Shown here one piece after another: positions 61,588 to 64,000 of a DNA stretch of 64,000 bases (position 1 is its first letter; every line of letters begins with the position of its first letter). The notes under the pieces were generated by a model. That model made no database searches. It saw nothing but the letters and a program-made list of their open reading frames with translations, and was not told the DNA's origin. Position numbers and translations under genes: made by a program. The stretch is from Orbicella franksi (lineage: Eukaryota). The DNA lies in the NCBI GenBank assembly GCA_964199315.1, contig OZ116702.1, positions 33,852,001 to 33,916,000 on the forward strand. Reading direction: 5' to 3'.

Positions 61588-61974
61588 ATGTTGACCTTAA
61601 GATTCGTGCCGCCATTGATTGATTACGCTACTTTTACACAATTTAATACGATAGCAAGTTCTGTTGTATGACAGACTCTAGATGTTGCCGGCTAATATTG
61701 ACGGGGTAACTCAACATTAAAAATATGGACGTACACTATTTTATGAAATTAACTGTTTTTTTGTCCGCAGGCTGTAAATGACGCCATACACATCCTTTCT
61801 CGGAACAGAACTTGTCTTATACTCACTCGACGGCGACAAACAGTTGAAGCAGCTGACCAGATAGTTCTCATGTATCGCGGACGTGTTATTGAACAGGGAA
61901 CTCTTGATGAACTTCTGGAACAAGGACGCCTGTATCACTTGTTAACGAATTTAGAAGACGTGGAGGACCTTTAG
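47844..61974 (+). CDS. Highly divergent full-length ABCB (P-glycoprotein/MDR-like) protein with two degenerate NBDs and two large insertions, at least 26 exons, about 1800 aa
   Basis: Phase-consistent GT-AG exons: 47844(or 47834)-48651, 49557-49755, 50944-51068, 51148-51264, 51889-51943, 52448-52561, 52700-52807, 53061-53186, 53405-53608, 53814-53984, 54137-54298, 54861-54906, 55011(or 55002)-55132, 55828-55968, 56377-56475, 56700-56777, 56860-58194, 58488-58565, 58754-58942, 59286-59386, 59503-59643, 60161-60305, 60647-60844, 60945-61151, 61269-61400, 61771-61974 (TAG). TMD1-NBD1-TMD2-NBD2 landmarks: AIANGLIP…YGKMTD, ENWKITLLM, SIKTVASYAGE, FHYPSRPE, SIADNIAYG, GWKMTLVVL, GALRFGCYLI, LLERFFDP, SIAENIAYGDNSR. 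No stops or frameshifts. Confidence 0.88.
48819..48891 (-). tRNA. trnT-TGT: tRNA-Thr(UGU)
   Basis: The reverse complement is GCCTCGTTAGCTCAGTGGTTAGAGCACTGGTCTTGTAAACCAGGGGTCGAGAGTTCAAATCTCTCACGGGGCT: a full cloverleaf with anticodon TGT, A and B boxes, and a downstream T-run terminator. Confidence 0.95.
49291..49363 (+). tRNA. trnT-TGT: tRNA-Thr(UGU)
   Basis: GCCTCGTTAGCTCAGTGGATAGAGCACTGGTCTTGTAAACCAGGGGTCGAGAGTTCAATTCTCTCACGGGGCT followed by T-runs. It differs from the other two copies at two loop positions. Confidence 0.93.
49868..49903 (-). pseudogene. Truncated tRNA-Thr(UGU) 3' half
   Basis: CCCGTGAGAGATTTGAACTCTCGACCCCTGGTTTAC is followed by a duplicated GACCCCTGGT instead of the 5' half. 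Confidence 0.85.
50125..50362. mobile_element. MITE (PIF/Harbinger-like) inserted in a 42-bp tandem repeat
   Basis: TIRs GGCCGGAATGTTCGAAAGCCGGTTAACGCTAACC / GGTTAGCTTAATCGGGCTTTGAACAACCCGGC, with (C)AG on both flanks. Confidence 0.8.
51699..51771 (-). tRNA. trnT-TGT: tRNA-Thr(UGU)
   Basis: Identical to the 48819-48891 copy, with a downstream T-run terminator. Confidence 0.95.
52203..52373 (-). mobile_element. tRNA-derived SINE fragment
   Basis: The reverse complement contains GTTCTTGGGCAAGACA…GTGCCTCTCTCCACCCAGGTGTACAGATGGGTACCGGCGAATTT, the same family as 55267-55520. Confidence 0.75.
54566..54808 (+). mobile_element. Diverged tRNA-derived SINE
   Basis: 5' head GCGGTGGCCTCTTGGTAAGCGTGCTGGAC. 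The 3' tail GCTTCATGCTACTGAGACCTGAGATAAG…CAGACTTCACCTACCT matches the family tail. Confidence 0.65.
55267..55520 (+). mobile_element. tRNA-derived SINE with a CORE-like central motif and a 10-bp TSD
   Basis: Head TGGCCTCATGGTTAGTGCGCGCGACTCCGG…GGGTTCG. Central TTCTTGGGCAAGACACTTTACTCTC resembles the MIR/CORE motif. Tail CAGACTTAACTTA. The direct repeat CAGTGAGAGT occurs at 55257-55266 and 55521-55530. Confidence 0.85.
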
Positions 61975-63681
61975 CTTTCTTTTATAATAAGTAATTTTCG
62001 AAGCCATTTTCGGAAAGCATTTGTTATATTTTGGTTTCAGTTTTTGTACTTTTTGTTTATAAATATTTCTCTTTTATTTGTTATATATTCCTCTTTTTCT
62101 GAAATAAAACTCCCCTTGATTTTTATTGCTCTTTGATATCAGTTTAAAGTTTTAGTACTCAGTGTTACGGCCATTTTGAATCGGGTGATGGTAGAAATCT
62201 GCTAAGAGCATAATTTATACTTCAGGTGACCGCATGGATTTGCGTCTCGCTCCCTCGCTACTAGCTGATGAAGTAGTTGAAAAAGTAGTTTCTGTACAAC
62301 TACCTCCTTCCCTTCTTAAAAAGCTTTAAAAATAACGAAAACGAAACTGGTAATTCAGAAATCAGTACTTGTTCATATTTGCGAAAGTGTTCTAACTAAC
62401 ACTATCTAAATCAAAGTTCCTCGTGAGAGGCAATGTTCGTCTTGTTGTTTTCTGCCTTTGGTTTCTTTTGTCTCAATGACGGGACTCTGTTGCTTCTTGG
62501 CATCTCAATTTTAAGGCAGTCTGTGAACAAACAAGGCGGTATTGTTTTTAAAGAAGGGAACTGCTTACAATGTAAATAGAACGGGGTGGTCCTATATAGC
62601 TAGTCCTTTAAGAGTTTGTAAAGGTTAAGCATGGTTCGTTTACCGAGGGTCTAGATGGTGTTTAATTGATAGTTGAGAATTGGTCAGAAATGTCTACGGA
62701 GAGACCACCAATGGAAGCTTTTAGCTGATTGTCCAGTTCTGAGTTTGGCAAACGCTACGCATAGCTGGTGGAAATGGGCTGAACCTTAAACTGTTTTCCG
62801 ATAGCTGAGAAATTGCCAGAAATGTAACGGATTCTAGCATCCCCATTTAGACCTCCCTTGCATGGTTGCCAGTGACCTGCAACTGTGACTTGTAAAAGAA
62901 ACCGTTCTGTGTCATATAGATCTTGGAGCCCCTAAAAGCAAATAACACTTTTTTTTTTTTACTACCGTGTATAAACTATTACAGATAAAACGAGGGGAAC
63001 TGATAAGTGACTGACTGAAAAGAAACTTCATAACAGATAGAGAAAAGCAAAAATAAGGCAGATACCTTGATTGTCCTCAAGCAGTACTCTCTTAGCACAA
63101 AGCCACTTGGTTAGATCGCGTGACTGCGCTTTCATGAACCAATGAATGAGAAGTTTCTGTGTCTCCACCAGCATATCGTGACACTAAAATTACGAAAAAG
63201 CAGGTTGCTGATGATGTCATTCTGTCAACAACTTAATTATTTTTTCCATGAGAACTTTAAATACACATTTGCGCAGCATTAAAATTGCTTGGGAATCCAC
63301 CGTAGGAAAAAGATGGTAGCTGTACATTTTACCACAATGCCTTGCGAACCTAACAGAGCCTTCAAGGCACAAAGAAAGCCAAATATTTACAATATTTGTT
63401 CCTGCACTAAGTTCATTACGTAGCCTAAGGTTGAAGATTTTATAACGTTTCTGTACGTTTTTATGAACGTTGTTACGGTTTTCGTGCGCTGAGAACTACG
63501 GGTAAATGTACCAGTCGCCATCTTTTTTCCTACGGAGGATTAACATTTGGACGGTGAGAAGAGAAGAGACGAGAGAACTGTGGTAACCACGGCAACTCTT
63601 TTGCCCTGACGGTAACGGCTGACGCTCAAAATATCGGCTTCCGGCCTGCTCACTAAGGCGGTTATTATACCTTTATCAACT

Positions 63682-63987
63682 TCAAGTTGATAAAATAGCA
63701 ACTTTTACTTGCCTGCCAATGTAGCTCAGCAGTTTCTTTAGAAAACTGATATCTTCGTCAAATTTATTTTTTGTTGAGTCTGGTAGTAGGATAACAGTTT
63801 TTCGCTCTTCTCCGTCCTCAACCGGACTAGAGTTGACTGATAGAGAGGTCTTGTTTACCTGTTTTTTGAGTCTTCTTATTTCACCAGTTGGATCATCAAT
63901 CTCCACTTCCGGTGTCGCAAACACCCATTTCTGAATGCGAGAATCTTTTGTGAGTTCATCAATCTGTTTACGGTAAAGACTTTTCAC
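63682..63987 (-). CDS. Possible internal or terminal exon of an unidentified gene entering from beyond the window
   Basis: An acceptor-like TTTTTTTCGTAG precedes an open, charged, protein-like 101-codon frame (KSLYRKQIDELTKDSRIQKWVF…DISFLKKLLSY). No family was recognised. Confidence 0.4.
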   Translation of the reverse strand: MKSLYRKQIDELTKDSRIQKWVFATPEVEIDDPTGEIRRLKKQVNKTSLSVNSSPVEDGEERKTVILLPDSTKNKFDEDISFLKKLLSYIGRQVKVAILST

Positions 63988-64000
63988 TACGAAAAAAAAC

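Noticed and set aside
47844-61974. The ABCB-like gene as a decaying pseudogene
   Set aside because: No stop or frameshift over about 1800 codons, all splice sites canonical and structural motifs retained. This is not what neutral decay would produce, although expression is unproven.
62640-63090. Further minus-strand exons of the gene suggested by ORF 63682-63987
   Set aside because: A few AG/GT pairs exist, but no phase-consistent, recognisable protein could be built.

Overview
Intron-rich, AT-rich eukaryotic (metazoan) genomic DNA. The repeat families suggest a cnidarian, probably a stony coral; this is inference. Exons were reconstructed by hand from splice sites and reading phase. In order, the window holds: a 5S rRNA-derived element; a rhodopsin-class GPCR pseudogene (-) carrying a premature stop, frameshifts and a frame-preserving mini inverted-repeat insertion; a 14-exon LRRFIP1/2-like gene (-, about 404 aa); a two-coding-exon MARCH-type RING-CH E3 ligase (+, about 373 aa); a 39-exon RIF1 gene (+, about 1955 aa, one GC-AG intron, a 200-N gap inside an intron); and a very unusual full-length ABCB/P-glycoprotein-like gene (+, at least 26 exons, about 1800 aa). 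The ABCB-like reading frame is intact, but both ATP-binding sites have lost key catalytic motifs. Its first extracellular loop has grown to about 170 aa with 12 N-glycosylation sequons. A single 445-codon Pro/Gly/Ser/Thr-rich exon replaces the coupling-helix region of intracellular loop 3. This looks like an ABC 'pseudo-transporter' repurposed as a receptor, scaffold or regulator, and is the most interesting feature of the window. Three intact tRNA-Thr(UGU) genes and one truncated copy lie in its introns as inverted repeats. MITEs and tRNA-derived SINEs are scattered throughout. No prokaryotic features or CRISPR arrays were seen.
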